From Trypethelium eluteriae (taxonomy: Eukaryota): 51,155 nucleotides of DNA. Every line of letters starts with the position of its first letter. The stretch's first letter is position 1. The translations under genes were made by a program, and so were the position numbers. The stretch lies in NCBI GenBank assembly GCA_051942245.1, contig JAVECL010000111.1, positions 1 through 51,155 on the forward strand. The letters are read 5' to 3'. Shown in pieces: positions 1-12,068 of the stretch. Under the pieces are notes generated by a model. That model had not been told where the DNA came from and did no database searches. It saw only the letters and a list, made by a program, of their open reading frames with translations.

Positions 1-25
1 GAGGGAGGCTTGGGGGGATTTGGGA

Positions 26-112
26 TTTTCAGAGTAGAGGTTCTGATGAATTTTTTTGTAACCAGGGAGAGGTCTTCAAGACTAATCGAATTTTCGGTAT
101 CTCATCATGTGG
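26..112 (-). ncRNA. Probable intronic box C/D snoRNA
   Basis: Minus strand, inside the intron: C box ATGATGA (108-102), guide TTCGATTAGTC (90-80), D'-like TTGA (79-76), terminal D box CTGA (32-29). The guide is complementary to the conserved LSU rRNA sequence GACUAAUCGAA. C-to-D span is 80 nt. Confidence 0.75.
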
Positions 113-161
113 AGTGGGCCAATGGTCCTCGGCAGGGGGGACATAGTTGAGAAGCACATAC

Positions 162-803
162 CTGCTTGATCCATTCTTCCTCAATTGTTTTTAATCTTAC
201 AACTGCGCCGACTCTTTCGATGGCTACCCCCAATTGTGCGCTCACCGTCCTCACGTCCAAACCCCCATCCTTGACTCGTCGAAAGATTTCGTCTCGAAGC
301 TCCACACTCAGAACCGGTTGACTCATAAACTGGGTGTTCTGCGGGAATGGCCTTAGATCCTCCATGCTCTCTGAAGATACCTTGTTCCCGTCGCCTTTAC
401 TTTCCTGTTCTTGTCGTCTTGCCTCTCTCCGTAACCGCGCTGCGTCAGCCTCCTCACTTGAAGCTTCTTGGGCATCAGGATCCTCCTCATTCTCAGCCTC
501 TTCCTTGTCTTGCTCTGCCTTGGATCTCGACTTCTCATTGGCATCTTGAGCTCGGATCAAGCGTCCGGCTTTGTCGTAGGCACTGAGATAGTTTGTCGAA
601 TTCGGTAGAGGGTCATGAAATACTTGACCAGGTCCGTTGAGCCAAGCATACATTTGGCGTCGCAAGCGTGTCATTCGCTTGCCACGCGAGCTTGAGGAGG
701 AAAAAGGGCGGCTGGAAGTGGAGCATCCTGGACAAGACCGGGCGAGAAATTGCAGCGGCAGTGATTGGCTTGCTGAACTGGGGAGAGGAATCCGTGGAGG
801 CAT
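162..803 (-). CDS. Mitochondrial small-subunit ribosomal protein mS45 (37S protein S35/Bot1-like), exon 1; the gene continues off the left edge
   Basis: ATG at 803 opens an Arg/Ser-rich presequence-like N-terminus (MPPRIPLPSS...). Motifs 'TNYLSAYDKAGRL' and 'LRPFPQNTQFMSQPVLSVELRDEIFRRV...VRTVSAQLGVAIERVGAVVRLKTIEEEW' resemble fungal Bot1/mS45. A GTATGT donor starts at 161. Confidence 0.8.
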
Positions 804-2052
804 GAGAAGTTCTACTGAAGCAGAGCTGTGAACAAGACAAAGAAAGGGGTTGGAGCCGCAATAGCTCACTCAATCGACTGGAAAGGCACGTCGTGGCGGT
901 GGCGTTGATTGTCTGAAGATGGCAAGGTGGTGGTGGAATAATTTTAAGGCAAAGCAGCTCGAAACAGGGATTCCAGGGACGGGGAAAATCAACGTCACGT
1001 GCACTTTCGAGACGCATCCAATAACAACCTGCAGACGATACAGTCGTAATTGCGCTTGGCTGCGGACCTCACGGTGCATACCTAATATGCTACATTATAC
1101 CACTTTCGTTTTCTTATTAGTCCTTGTTTTCGCTTTTGAAATACCGAAAGCGTTGCGACTAGCTGATTTATTTTGGAGAAGCGGTTGCGCACATATATTG
1201 ACAAAACCTCCAGAGACCTTGCCAAATTTGAAATTCGCTATCATGTATCTCGTCCTTTCATGCTCCAGAACCTTGCTGTCAAAGATATCATGCACAAATG
1301 CCGAGCCTAACATCAACACCATGCTATCCGTGTAGAAAAGCTTCAGATGCCTAGCAAGAACCATAGTGAAACAGTAGCCAGTACTGCCAATACTGTAAGG
1401 ACTGAGTGTGAAATGCGCCTTGCAATGTAGAAGAAAACTTTCAGGTGAATGGCCCCGGATGTGCAGTTCAAGGAAAATTTCGATAGCGACAGCCTTTTCC
1501 CCTTTGCCCCCCCACCATCCAAACAAAGAAGAGTAGGAGTGATCCTGTAATCCAGTGTATCCGCTTTCGACTTCTGGTACAAACCGCCCATAGCCCATTA
1601 AAACACAAAGAAAAGACCCAAGGGAATCAGCAGGAAGGAGTGCGCCGTTGCTCCCAGCAATGTATGATTCGTAAGGACAGTGAATCCGAATCAGAATGGT
1701 CCGTCCATGTGAGAATGAAGCAATCCCCAACCAGCCTAGGAATCAACGCGTCCGAAGTGTAGGAAAAACGCAATAGGGGGAATCTCGCGCAAATACTGTG
1801 CCTGAAACCTGCGTCCATGCATGAAGTCCATAACAAATGCATCCCTCCCAGATGAAGTCCTTGTAAAGTAGTAAATGGGCAAGACTAGCCCAACGCTCAA
1901 CCGAGACGATTAAGCGCAGTAGAAGAAAAGTTCATCACGAGTCGACGTAGAGACCGTAGGTCCTCTCGTCTTCTTCGAAATTACGGTAAGGAGAAAGAGC
2001 TAGATGTTCGAATTGAGTCGGGGAGTCCACTAGATGTGCGGACGATAATAGA

Positions 2053-3828
2053 TCAGCGACCCATCATATAGTCGTTATGGCCAGCACCCATGGCGTTGAA
2101 GCCAGGGCCACCAGCCACGGTAGTGGCAATGCCGCCTACTGGCTGAGCACGCATAGGACCGCCCATATTGCTGCCAAATCCAGGGTTGCCAAAAATACCG
2201 CCCATTCCAGTACCAAAGCTTGGAGCATCGCCGTTCATGTAAGTCCCTGCTCCTAGCCCAGGAGGTGCGGCAAGGCCAGGCGGAGGGCCAGCTGCAGTTG
2301 AGAAGCCGGGGGGGCCGCCCATAGCATTGCCCATTCCATTCACGCCTCCACGCGGTGACATAGGAGTAATGGGGTTCATACTATTCGCTTGACCCGTACG
2401 GACGCCGAGAGGATTCTTCGAGAAGCTCAGTCGGATGCCGCCCTTGACGCTGTTGTGGAGCGGATGGCCGTAGAGTTCGTTCAGGGCCTTGGTGGCGAAA
2501 GAGACATCTTCGAACTCGACAAAACACATGGGTCCGTTCTGCTTGGTTCGGAAGCAAAGACGCTTGTACCCGCGCTGTTTGGAAAACATGGCCTTGAGCT
2601 CGTCCTCAGATGTATCTATCGGAAGATTACCAACGTAAAGGGTATTGCAGGGGGGATTCTGATCTGCTGGATTGATGGGAGGATAATTATGTCGCTGGTA
2701 GTGTTGTGGCGTCAGTTGGTAGTTGGAATTTGGACCGATCGCTGACATAGGGCCTGGCGAGAGAGCGGAATTAGGAGACTGAATAGGAGGCATTACACGA
2801 GGCGAAGTAAACGTAGACAAAGGAGGTGATGTGGTCGGAGTTCCATTGGTCTCAGTGTTTAACGATAAAGAAGAAAACCGGGAAATGGGAATTTGAGGGT
2901 TGGTGAAACGGCGCTGATTCATATTGTTGTTGGATTGGCCGCTTTTCGCGTAAGCAACAGGATCTTTAAGCAACTCATCCGTTTCGTCGTTGACCAAATC
3001 ATCGTTGATGACTGACTTGCCAGTGATGCGCGGTTGATCGCGGAACGTGTTCGACAACGGTGATTGGGGTGAGAAGAGACTCTGAAAATGCGAGTTTGCG
3101 TCAGGAACGGGAAATTCCCCGTTATTCAAACCAGGGGTGCTGTTGGGAGGAGAGAGTTTCTCCATAGATTGGAATGTGCCATTGAATCGAGAAGATTGGC
3201 GAGTGCCTTGGCCTGAGGAGGATGCGCTGGGTGAAGTTGAGTTGCTGGGTTGTCTCGTTGAAGTTCCATCTACGGTGCCTCGCCTTCCGATTTGTCCACT
3301 CATGCCATTAGGATATACCTCGACAACCATGTTCGCATCATTTGCAGCATTAGGTTTCCCATTGAGTCTTTCTTTCGCCTCATTAGCACCCGCGGTAGTC
3401 TTAAATCGTGCAACTGCGGACAGAAAGTCCTTATCTTCAGGAAGGCTATGCTCGACAAATTGAGTGTCGATAAGGTCCTTGGCGAACAGCAGCATACTCC
3501 GGAGAGCCTCCTGACCGGTGCTGCGGGGCAGCTTGCGCAAGAATATGGTGGGTACATTGTTCATGTCCGTCGAGCTGAATGCCGGATCTATCTCATTTGT
3601 CGTCCACAACGAAGGTCCGGCCCGATCAATTGTGCCTCGATCGCCAATAGGTGAGATGTGGAAGGGTTTGGAGGCTGGACCGGCGTTATGCGCGAAGACG
3701 TCAGAGAACTGCGAATTCGAAGGTGGTTTCGGCGGCGAAGAGGAAGAATTGAAAGGAGCATGTGTGAATGAAGCGTTGCCTAATCCCGTGCCAGGACTGG
3801 TGTCCTTCGGACTTGGCCCTCCGGCCAT
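2053..3828 (-). CDS. whi3: Whi3/Whi4-like RRM RNA-binding protein
   Basis: Signature '[22 protein letters not shown]...[21 protein letters not shown]...[24 protein letters not shown]', a degenerate N-terminal RRM and long low-complexity regions. First ATG at 3828; the ORF track begins at an upstream TTG. Confidence 0.88.
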   Translation of the reverse strand: MAGGPSPKDTSPGTGLGNASFTHAPFNSSSSPPKPPSNSQFSDVFAHNAGPASKPFHISPIGDRGTIDRAGPSLWTTNEIDPAFSSTDMNNVPTIFLRKLPRSTGQEALRSMLLFAKDLIDTQFVEHSLPEDKDFLSAVARFKTTAGANEAKERLNGKPNAANDANMVVEVYPNGMSGQIGRRGTVDGTSTRQPSNSTSPSASSSGQGTRQSSRFNGTFQSMEKLSPPNSTPGLNNGEFPVPDANSHFQSLFSPQSPLSNTFRDQPRITGKSVINDDLVNDETDELLKDPVAYAKSGQSNNNMNQRRFTNPQIPISRFSSLSLNTETNGTPTTSPPLSTFTSPRVMPPIQSPNSALSPGPMSAIGPNSNYQLTPQHYQRHNYPPINPADQNPPCNTLYVGNLPIDTSEDELKAMFSKQRGYKRLCFRTKQNGPMCFVEFEDVSFATKALNELYGHPLHNSVKGGIRLSFSKNPLGVRTGQANSMNPITPMSPRGGVNGMGNAMGGPPGFSTAAGPPPGLAAPPGLGAGTYMNGDAPSFGTGMGGIFGNPGFGSNMGGPMRAQPVGGIATTVAGGPGFNAMGAGHNDYMMGR

Positions 3829-4743
3829 TGCGCTCGTGTTGCGACAGACTTCTTGTTGCCGGCGAGGTTGGTCGAGGAGGACTCGAGGACTTGGAGGGGG
3901 TAGCGGACGGTGTTTTGGGGCCAGCCGATCTGTGCCTGGTAGCCCAAGTAAGGCGGCAAGCAATGTGAAGGCTATGCGACGAGGGTATTGCGTGCGCTGG
4001 AACTAGCGATCGTGTTTCAGTAGGAGGTGCAGCAGGACAGGGCTGATGGAGGTTGAGACGACGAAACGTATGCAATAAGCGTGCGGCGGAGGAGGGTTGG
4101 GGACGGGCCAGGCTAGACAAGGCGCGGGCCGGGGGGAACAAAGGTAAGGGTAAGATTGGGGAAACAGGTGGATCGGTTGGGTTGTGTGGATGAGAGAACA
4201 ATCAAACAGCAATCATGGCAACGGTCGAAGTAGTGTTGGTCGCGCGGTTCTCAGTTCTGGAGAGTGGTCGCGAGGCCTCGGCCAGGGACCGACAGCAGCG
4301 GATAACGTTAAGCACAAACCAGCGAGCAGAGACACCAGAGCAGCAGCAGCAGAGCACCGAGAGGGTTGAGCGTCAACGGGACGCGAGTGAAGGCTCGGGC
4401 GCTATGGCGTAGCCTTGCTGCCTTGGAATGGGCGTACCAGCTTCTCGCCTTGATTGGCCGATGTCGCGATTGGGACCACCGCGTCGGCGTAGTGGGGGGG
4501 CACTGCTGCGCTGACTTCCGTTCTCGCCTGCGCTTGCTCGCTCGCCCGCGTTTTGCAACGGGCGATGCCACGGACAGTGCCGTTGATCGTGTTCGAGCTG
4601 CTCCGGTTGGCGTGTTGAAACGGCGGGAGATGAGCAGAAACGGCGATGGTGGGCAGTGCTGCTCGTCGCCCGGTCTGCGCAGCAAGTCGTGCGCGATGGG
4701 CGAAAAGAAGATCCGACTCGAGGGCGGCGATGGTGAAGGAAGC

Positions 4744-4778
4744 GTGGAAAGTGGAAAGTGGAAAGTGGAAAGTGGAAA
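4744..4778. repeat. Tandem heptamer (GTGGAAA)x5
   Basis: Read directly, upstream of the Whi3-like gene. Confidence 0.9.
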
Positions 4779-4903
4779 GCTTTGCCTGGCGGGCTGCGAG
4801 GAGGTTAGCGCAAAGCGCGTGTGGGGCAGCAAGTGTTGCCTCCAAGTGAAGTTGGCATGGCACCTTGGATTATTGATGAGATGATGGGGAGAGACTTGGC
4901 GAT

Positions 4904-4931
4904 GGGGCCTTGGGGCCTTGGGGCCTTGGGG
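4904..4931 (+). repeat. (GGGGCCTT)x3+GGGG tandem repeat, potential G-quadruplex
   Basis: Four G4 tracts separated by CCTT loops. Confidence 0.7.
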
Positions 4932-6770
4932 TCGATGGCACTAACGACGGCCCTCCGTATGGCTCAGAGTAGAGAGTGGTGACGGCTCAGGGCTAGCTGA
5001 AGTCAGAAACGCGCGACTTTGCGTGCTTGGGTCCATCCCAGCGCGCCGCGAGCCTGCGCATACAGACTACAGACACGTTCACGTCCTGGAGGTTTTTAGG
5101 ACCCCGGGCGTTTATCCCACCGCATTGCATTTCTCAGCTGCACGCCGCGGCACCGGCTCCTGCTCCCCTAGCAGGGGACCTCCTGGCCGTTTGGGCGCCG
5201 AGAACAGGTACCTGAGCCCTATTACCACGCGCCCCCGCTGCTCGACTTGTACCGTTGTCTCCAAGCTTGGCCGCTCCTTCCCTCCCACGAGTGAGTCAAC
5301 AGAACGCTAAGACGGCAGGTGTCCGAGGGTGCGAGGGCCAAAGTCTCACCACCTCACCACCTCACCACCTTTTGGTGTTTTGCTTATCTCTCCTCTGCCA
5401 CGCGGGACGGCAGAGGCCCACCTGCGCCTGCCTAAACACTGGAGGTACTCGAAACTACCCGTGTTGGACCCTCCTCACTCCCGTATGCAACCTTTTCCTT
5501 CATGTTTCAGGCGACCTTGCGCTCCACTCGCTCGTGGAGAGGCCGACCACTTTGTACCGCTTGCCGTTGCCGGTTTAGGTAAAAGGAGCTATCGAAAGAC
5601 CGCGTTCGTGTTCATGGTCCAGCAGAGGTCCGAAGCATCTACGGAATAGTCTCAACTCTATGTCATGCTTTGCTCCATTAAAGTACCTATATAAGCTCAC
5701 AGTATTCTTGGGCCTGCCCCTCTTTTAACTACCCCTCCTGCGATGAAGGCCAAGCTCTGGCATCTTCCACCATTATCATTACTCAACCCTCGTCGCGACT
5801 CATGTCGTCCCGTCGAATCATCGGCTACCTCGCGTCCTTGCAGTAGCGACGCACCGTAAGCTCTCGCGTTGCCGACGATCGCTGCATCCAGGCTGTTCCA
5901 TCGACCAGCAACTCGGACCCGAGCGGCTGTGATAACATGACCTGACCTGATCGCCAGATAAACCCTCCCCTCTTGTCAGCCACTGAACTGTCCCTGTTCC
6001 GGTGTCCGCCTACGTGGGGTGCAGGATCGGAAACCCCAGCCAATTGCAAGCTTCGACAGCACTCTATCGGGCGTGGCCTCAACCACTGACATGGGTCTGG
6101 GTCTAGAGTATGATGTGAATGAAATCGGCCATGCGTATGCTGTATGCGTTGCATGAAAAAACATTGTTACGTCAGTCTACGCCAAGAGGAGCGTTGCGGA
6201 GGGTTTTGCAGCATCTTTTTCATAAGGTAAGGTATCAATCATGCAGCGCCCGTCCAAAAATAGGACACGGCAGCAGCGACCAAGAACCGTTCCAGGTGGC
6301 TAGTCTGGACTACTGTGCCTTACAGGGCATAAGCCTCGCTCATCAAGATCTCGCTAGGGGGCCTCTCGAATTGTAAACAGCTAACAAAGGACGCTGGATA
6401 GACAATCTACATGTCCTTATCTTATTTCCTACTGAGCTCTTCTGTGCTTTAGCCTTCGTATCACTGGTGGCCTCCCGAAATACACGGTGGAGGAAGGTCG
6501 ATACGGGGTACATCAGCCACCTCTGATAGCGCCGCTGTTTCTTACTTCACCGCTCGGGCTACGAAAACTTATGTCACCGCGATAATTCTTTCATTTTGCT
6601 TGAACCCCTTCGTTGCATCCTGCGTTAAGCACATAACCGGGGGATTAAAATAATGAGAGATGCTCTCTGGCTGGAGCCCTCTCCCTATCGTCGCAAAGGC
6701 GGATATCTCTTTCTTAGTGCTAGACATTGTTGACCTTGGGATTATGCAACCAGGAGTACTCCGTATCTCA

Positions 6771-8342
6771 TTAATCTTTGGGAGGTAAGTGACAATGCTC
6801 CTTCTTCACCTCGTAGAGTCCTTTCAGACTCTTTTCCGGATCGACCTGTCTTAGCCGTGGAACGCCCTCCTCAACACAGCAATCAATATGCCTCACAAAA
6901 CCCGTCTTGACCACGTTTTCAATCGTAATCCTCTTCTCTGGATCTGGATGCATCATTTTCAATAATAACCTTTTCAGCGCCGGCTTTTGTAGCGCCTGAA
7001 ACAGGGGCCCACAAGGAGGTAGATCCTCCGCATTCACAGCTGACGGATCCGGAATCTTCCCATCTGGATGCGACCATGACCACTCATCCCAGCCCTTCTT
7101 GAATCGCGCATAGGTTGCATGCTCCGCATTCGCCGCATGCCATGGCGATCCATAAAACCGCAATGCAAAGAAGACAATCGCGCAGGACCACACGTCAAGG
7201 GGCCGCGGATCGTACTCCCGATCTCTCGCCAGCACCTCCGGCGCCATATACGGCACGCTGCCACAGATGCCTGGCTTACACTTTCGTACCTTGCCACTGC
7301 GACCATCACCGTCAGTATCGCCACCGATACCACCTTCCCACCCGCCATCAAAGACATCCGCGACGCCAAAGTCCGCAATCTTGAGACATCCCGACGCCGC
7401 CAGCAGCAGATTCTCAGGCTTGATATCGCGATGCGCGACTCCCTTTGTGTGCAGATAATAGACCCCGTGCAGCAGCTGCTTCCACAGGCAACTGGCGTCG
7501 AGCGGAGTGAAGTAGCGCTTGTTGATGAGGGCGAAGAGCTCTCCGCCAGCACAATACTCCATGACGTGGTTCCAGCGGCAGCCACCGCCGCGAGAAGAGG
7601 AGGTACAGAGTGCGACAGTGGTGACGACATTGGGGTGGTGCAGAGAGGCGGCGATACGGTATTCCGAGTGGACTTTGCGTGTGTAGTCGCCTTTCGATTC
7701 ATTTGTTCCTCGGCTGCGGAATTCTTTGACCGCGAAGAGTTGGTTCGATGGCCCTTGGCGACGGACCATCAGGTGGACATGTGCGCTGGCTCCTTTGCCG
7801 AGGAGCTTGCCTTTGGTGCCATGCAGGAAGCCTGCAGGCTTGAACTCCGTCTTCAGTGGGAAGATTTCGATCTCGTGATCTTCTGGGGGAATGATACTGA
7901 GGTTTCGCGACTTTAGCCCAATGCCAGTGGGCGCATTGACGTGGAGAGATGGAAGAAGGCTCGCACTCGTCGCTGATAGTTCTGTACTGTGATCTGCAGA
8001 CAGCGTCGGTCCAAGGTCCAAGGTTCGAGACCGGTTCCGTCCTGGATTTGGTCGTGCTTGTTCGTCGCTGAATTCTTCTTCGTGAGATCTTGTACTTGAT
8101 GTGTTGTACTTAAGATCATGCCCCGACATTGGCCACGACTGTGAGTGTTGAGACTTTTCTTCCACCCTTTTGGGCTTTTCCTTGCGGGTACAGGCTCCAT
8201 CCAAAGGTAAACGGGCATTTTTCTTTGCAGAAGAACTGACTAGGAAAGAAGTGAGTTTTTGGAATGTATTGGAGCTTTGTGATCGAAGACGACGCGTGTA
8301 TTTGATCTTGTCCGTAGTCGTGCTTGTTGATACGGTAGGCAT
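6771..8342 (-). CDS. Ser/Thr protein kinase of the fungal Npr/Hal family
   Basis: GKGASA glycine loop, 'FAVKEF', 'SEY' alphaC, HRDIKPEN, DFG, 'CGSVPYMAPE' and 'YDPRPLDVWSCAI'. First ATG at 8342; apparently intronless. Confidence 0.88.
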   Translation of the reverse strand: MPTVSTSTTTDKIKYTRRLRSQSSNTFQKLTSFLVSSSAKKNARLPLDGACTRKEKPKRVEEKSQHSQSWPMSGHDLKYNTSSTRSHEEEFSDEQARPNPGRNRSRTLDLGPTLSADHSTELSATSASLLPSLHVNAPTGIGLKSRNLSIIPPEDHEIEIFPLKTEFKPAGFLHGTKGKLLGKGASAHVHLMVRRQGPSNQLFAVKEFRSRGTNESKGDYTRKVHSEYRIAASLHHPNVVTTVALCTSSSRGGGCRWNHVMEYCAGGELFALINKRYFTPLDASCLWKQLLHGVYYLHTKGVAHRDIKPENLLLAASGCLKIADFGVADVFDGGWEGGIGGDTDGDGRSGKVRKCKPGICGSVPYMAPEVLARDREYDPRPLDVWSCAIVFFALRFYGSPWHAANAEHATYARFKKGWDEWSWSHPDGKIPDPSAVNAEDLPPCGPLFQALQKPALKRLLLKMMHPDPEKRITIENVVKTGFVRHIDCCVEEGVPRLRQVDPEKSLKGLYEVKKEHCHLPPKD

Positions 8343-9131
8343 GGTTGAATGCACAAGAGAGTAGTAGAGCGATTTAGAGGCCTAGATGACTGGAAAATAA
8401 ATGCGAAGGAGGACCGATCGAGGCTGTAGGACAATTCCTGCGCCGGCAGAGAGACTGTCACACCGCGGCTCAGTGAGTGCAAGTGGGACGTTGAGAATAG
8501 GAATAGGCCATTTCAAATTGGAGTGCGAGGTGCAGAACTAGGTTCGAGATGGGACAGAAGGAAGTCTGAGTTCTAGAGCTCACCAGGCTGTCCTCAGGCA
8601 AGAGCCAAATAGGAAGTGTAGCACGACTTCCCAGAAGGTCCGCTGGTTCGCAAGCAATTTGACTCTTGTGCGCACAGGAAGCGACCGTTGGAATCGATAA
8701 TCCAAATGGTCGAGCTGTTTCACCTGGTTTGCTGCATCCATGGTAGGCTCATCCAGAAGTAACCAGAGAAACGGGCGTCCATTCGTAAAGTACGCGTACA
8801 TGGGTCGTAGGCGATAGTCTGATGGAAGGCTTTCACATGTGGACACTGGCTTCCTTTAAAAACTCAACCCACTGGCTCTGGCAGTTCGAACCACTAAGAG
8901 AAAAAGAGGTGAGGTATATCAAGAAATTCTCGATATTGTCCTTTACCAAAATGAATTAGACTGCAAGGTTGGGTACAACTCCGAGAGCCCACCAGATTTC
9001 TGGCCTCACTTCTGCCCTTCTTAACACATCATTGTACGGTATCTACATAAAACATTAATAAAGACCGAGCTTTACGCAGAGAAAACTTCGTGATATGAAC
9101 TTGACCTCTATCAAGAAGCCCTGGCTTTGCT

Positions 9132-10850
9132 TTACCATTTCTCCCATACTACTGATGGCACCACATCTCGCATTATCCGCCAATGCCGAGCGGCGCTCTC
9201 AAACTGGTATTTCTCCAATAGGTTGATAGCATCCTTCCTCAACAAAGGACTCGTACTCTCGTCCTGCTCTTCTGAGCCCTTGACGATGGGCGGTGGGAAT
9301 GGTATCTCATGCTCCGGCTTCGGAGCCAAATGCTGCCGCCGACCAACGCTTCCAAGGAAGTCGGCGTCCACAGGTTTGCGGAAAACGATCTTGTTTTCCT
9401 GATTGGTAGGCTTGATACAAAACAGGACCATGTTGATGAAATCCGATGAGGATTCGTTGGGCGATGGTGCCGCATCCCGGAACATGCGGCAGGTCGGAAA
9501 GACGTTGTGGATCGTACGGAGGACGAGCGCAGTCGTCGGTAGATTAAGGTCGCCTGCATAGTTGATCGCAATGACACCGTCGTCTTTGAGAAGATTGCTT
9601 AACCCAGAGAGGAACTCCACGGTAAAGAGCGAGGCGGGTTCTGCTCCGCCAGTGAAGACATCATGGATGATGAAATCGTAGCTGGCTGGGGAGGTTCGAG
9701 AAACAGCATCGACCCATGGCACGGCATCCTGGAGAACGGCAATGTGATCAGTATTGAGTGAAAAGTACTTGGTCGCGAATTCATGAACGACTGGATCGAC
9801 TTCGACGATTGTGGTGTTGATGCCGTGAGCTATTAGGGCGTTTGGCGCAGTCCCGATACCAAGTCCAACCACCAATGCCGATTTGTCCTCGTCATCCCTT
9901 TTCGATTTATTCTCCACTAATCTCACCGCTTCAAGCATGGAGAAAACAGCATAAACTGACTCGCGTTTCGTAATACCTTGTTCTTGAAGCTTAGGCGTAA
10001 CCAGCCACTCCCCACCAAGCAAGCTGTGGTCACATCGGAGGAGTTGAAACTGGTTTTCTTCGCTCTTCAAGACTGAAATATACCCCGTCACGGACTCCTT
10101 ACGGGCAAGAACAGACCAACCGTATGGCTGTAGGCCTTTGTTGAGTCGTGTGGTATTCCTAATTCCGTTGTAGTGAGGATTTAGTACGAGCGTTCCCAAG
10201 AGTAACGGGATAACCAGCAGTTGAACCTTTGAACGCGACAAAAATGAGAAACCGCAAGCCAGAACAATCCAGAGGGTGCACCGATTTAGCAGATCTGTTG
10301 AGCCCATATTCGATGGCAGAAAAGAGCTCGCACCGATCTCGAAAAGATAAAAAGTGGCCAGAGAGACTACCGCAGGTACCATTGGAGCTGCAAGGACAGA
10401 GATACCTCTTTTCGCAAGATTGTCCATAGCATCCATGGCCGCTGCTAGGGAGAAGAGCAATAGCGGATAGAATGTCAGCGTCTCCGTACAAAGAGGCCCG
10501 TACAGTGGACCTAACTCATTGCTGTATGAGAACAGGATCCATTCTGCGAAAGGAGCGAGAGCAGCAAGAACGGTAGGTACCCTTGAAAGGTTTCCAGTAA
10601 AAGACTTTATGACTGTCCGGGGTAAAACTACCGATACAGCGAGGGTGGCTATCATGGCCTCTCGGTGGAAGCGGGCAGCCGGAATTGATCCATAGACAGG
10701 AGACAGGTTCAGTTGGGCAACAGGAGATGAAATGGCGGCGAGAGCCAGAATGGCAATAGACCATGAGAAGGATTTCGTGAGAGATAGGATATTTTCCTCA
10801 TTTTTGACAGTACTAGGGCTTGACTTCCCGTCATGCACGTCTTTGGTCAT
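9132..10850 (-). CDS. Spermidine/spermine-synthase-like SAM-dependent methyltransferase with N-terminal transmembrane helices
   Basis: Several hydrophobic segments, then 'ALVVGLGIG', 'IVEVDPVVHEFATKYF' and 'YDFIIHDVFTGG' Rossmann MTase motifs. First ATG at 10850. Confidence 0.85.
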   Translation of the reverse strand: MTKDVHDGKSSPSTVKNEENILSLTKSFSWSIAILALAAISSPVAQLNLSPVYGSIPAARFHREAMIATLAVSVVLPRTVIKSFTGNLSRVPTVLAALAPFAEWILFSYSNELGPLYGPLCTETLTFYPLLLFSLAAAMDAMDNLAKRGISVLAAPMVPAVVSLATFYLFEIGASSFLPSNMGSTDLLNRCTLWIVLACGFSFLSRSKVQLLVIPLLLGTLVLNPHYNGIRNTTRLNKGLQPYGWSVLARKESVTGYISVLKSEENQFQLLRCDHSLLGGEWLVTPKLQEQGITKRESVYAVFSMLEAVRLVENKSKRDDEDKSALVVGLGIGTAPNALIAHGINTTIVEVDPVVHEFATKYFSLNTDHIAVLQDAVPWVDAVSRTSPASYDFIIHDVFTGGAEPASLFTVEFLSGLSNLLKDDGVIAINYAGDLNLPTTALVLRTIHNVFPTCRMFRDAAPSPNESSSDFINMVLFCIKPTNQENKIVFRKPVDADFLGSVGRRQHLAPKPEHEIPFPPPIVKGSEEQDESTSPLLRKDAINLLEKYQFESAARHWRIMRDVVPSVVWEKW

Positions 10851-11858
10851 TGCACCAACGTTACTATCCAAGGAGTAGTGTCAGCGTGCCTGAACAACGA
10901 AAGTAGAGTTTCGAGAGGATGTGGTATCAAAGGAAAAGGGCGAAATATCATCAAAATGCGGTTCAATGAATGCGGATGTGAGACTGAAGCATTTGTCTGG
11001 CGGGATTAGAAGTTCGATTCAGCTCTTATGTCAAGTGGGAAACTTTTTCATTGTGAGATGTTGTTCGTTCCCCATTACGAAACAAAGCTTGCTACAGGGA
11101 TGCAGTCCGGATGTTTGAAGTTCATCCGTGCTGAAACAGCCGGCCCCAGCCCGAGCCCTTACTCTATCGTAGACGGTTAGAGTAGACCCGTTTTACCCAG
11201 CCCGCCCGCTCGACCCGGGGCGAAATCCTCAATATCTTACGTCCACACGGGGAATGTGTACGGATTCAAGACAAAGGGCAGGGCTGATGAGAATGGCAGC
11301 CGGTAGGACTGCTCTATCGTAATTCCCTTTGCATTCTGTGTGGGCAGCGAAGCCGCCGGCCCGGGTTCTAGCGACCTCCAGTGTCAACAAGCCTCACGCT
11401 ATCCAATTTTCGATCATGTGCTTGTTCATTGCAGCTTCTTATCTTTGCTTGACGATGTGTTGTCGCAATCGCGCCTCTCCACGAATGCTTCAGTTCTTCG
11501 GTCACGCAACCCGATCGAGCTGGCCCTACTCTGCATACTCTATTGGTGGGGAAGGTACACAAAAACCGCGTTTGGCTACGAAAAAATGAAAAGAGAAAGA
11601 CACAACGAGAAAGGGTGGGTTTAAATCAACGCTAGATTGAATGGAATAAGACAGCTTGGCAAACGACGGAAGACATTGACAGCAACAGAAGAATCTGTGT
11701 TCATTCTAGAAGCGTGAACGGGATTGCTGTAACTTTCATTGTCTTGGTGACGGGACGCTCGCCGTGTTTGCTCGGTTCTACTGTCGAGCTTTGTGCTTGA
11801 GTTCTAAACAAACACGCAGGGCGACCGATCTACTGAGTCTGACACGTGATATTAAAGA

Positions 11859-12054
11859 GTACCTTACCGCGCACGCCATGGTTGGGGGGTTCCTCAACTG
11901 GTAATTAGTACAATGTTACCTCAATTTTGCTGTTATAACTATGTTGGCCCATATTAAGGCGGTGTTGACATAGGCCAACAAGGCCATAACAGTAAACTTC
12001 AAATGACATTGCATTGACTACCAGTTGGGGAAGCTCTCCTCCGCGGTAAGGTAC
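11859..12054. repeat. Foldback element 1 (long imperfect inverted repeat)
   Basis: Perfect 13-bp terminal inverted repeats GTACCTTACCGCG (11859-11871) and CGCGGTAAGGTAC (12042-12054). Inner arms of about 65 bp pair with mostly transition mismatches. Confidence 0.8.
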
Positions 12055-12068
12055 CATGCGGGGGTTTA

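Noticed and set aside
1095..1730. 211-aa minus-strand ORF and overlapping short ORFs
   Set aside because: No recognisable motifs; lies in the likely 3' UTR/intergenic region downstream of whi3.
3829..3963. TTG-initiated N-terminal extension of the Whi3-like ORF
   Set aside because: A short open stretch in GC-rich leader DNA is expected by chance; the ATG at 3828 has good context.
4184..5649. Many overlapping 60-175 aa ORFs
   Set aside because: GC-rich, repeat-containing promoter/leader DNA with no domain signatures.
7034..7916. Long antisense and alternate-frame ORFs within the kinase
   Set aside because: Shadow ORFs of a GC-rich coding region.
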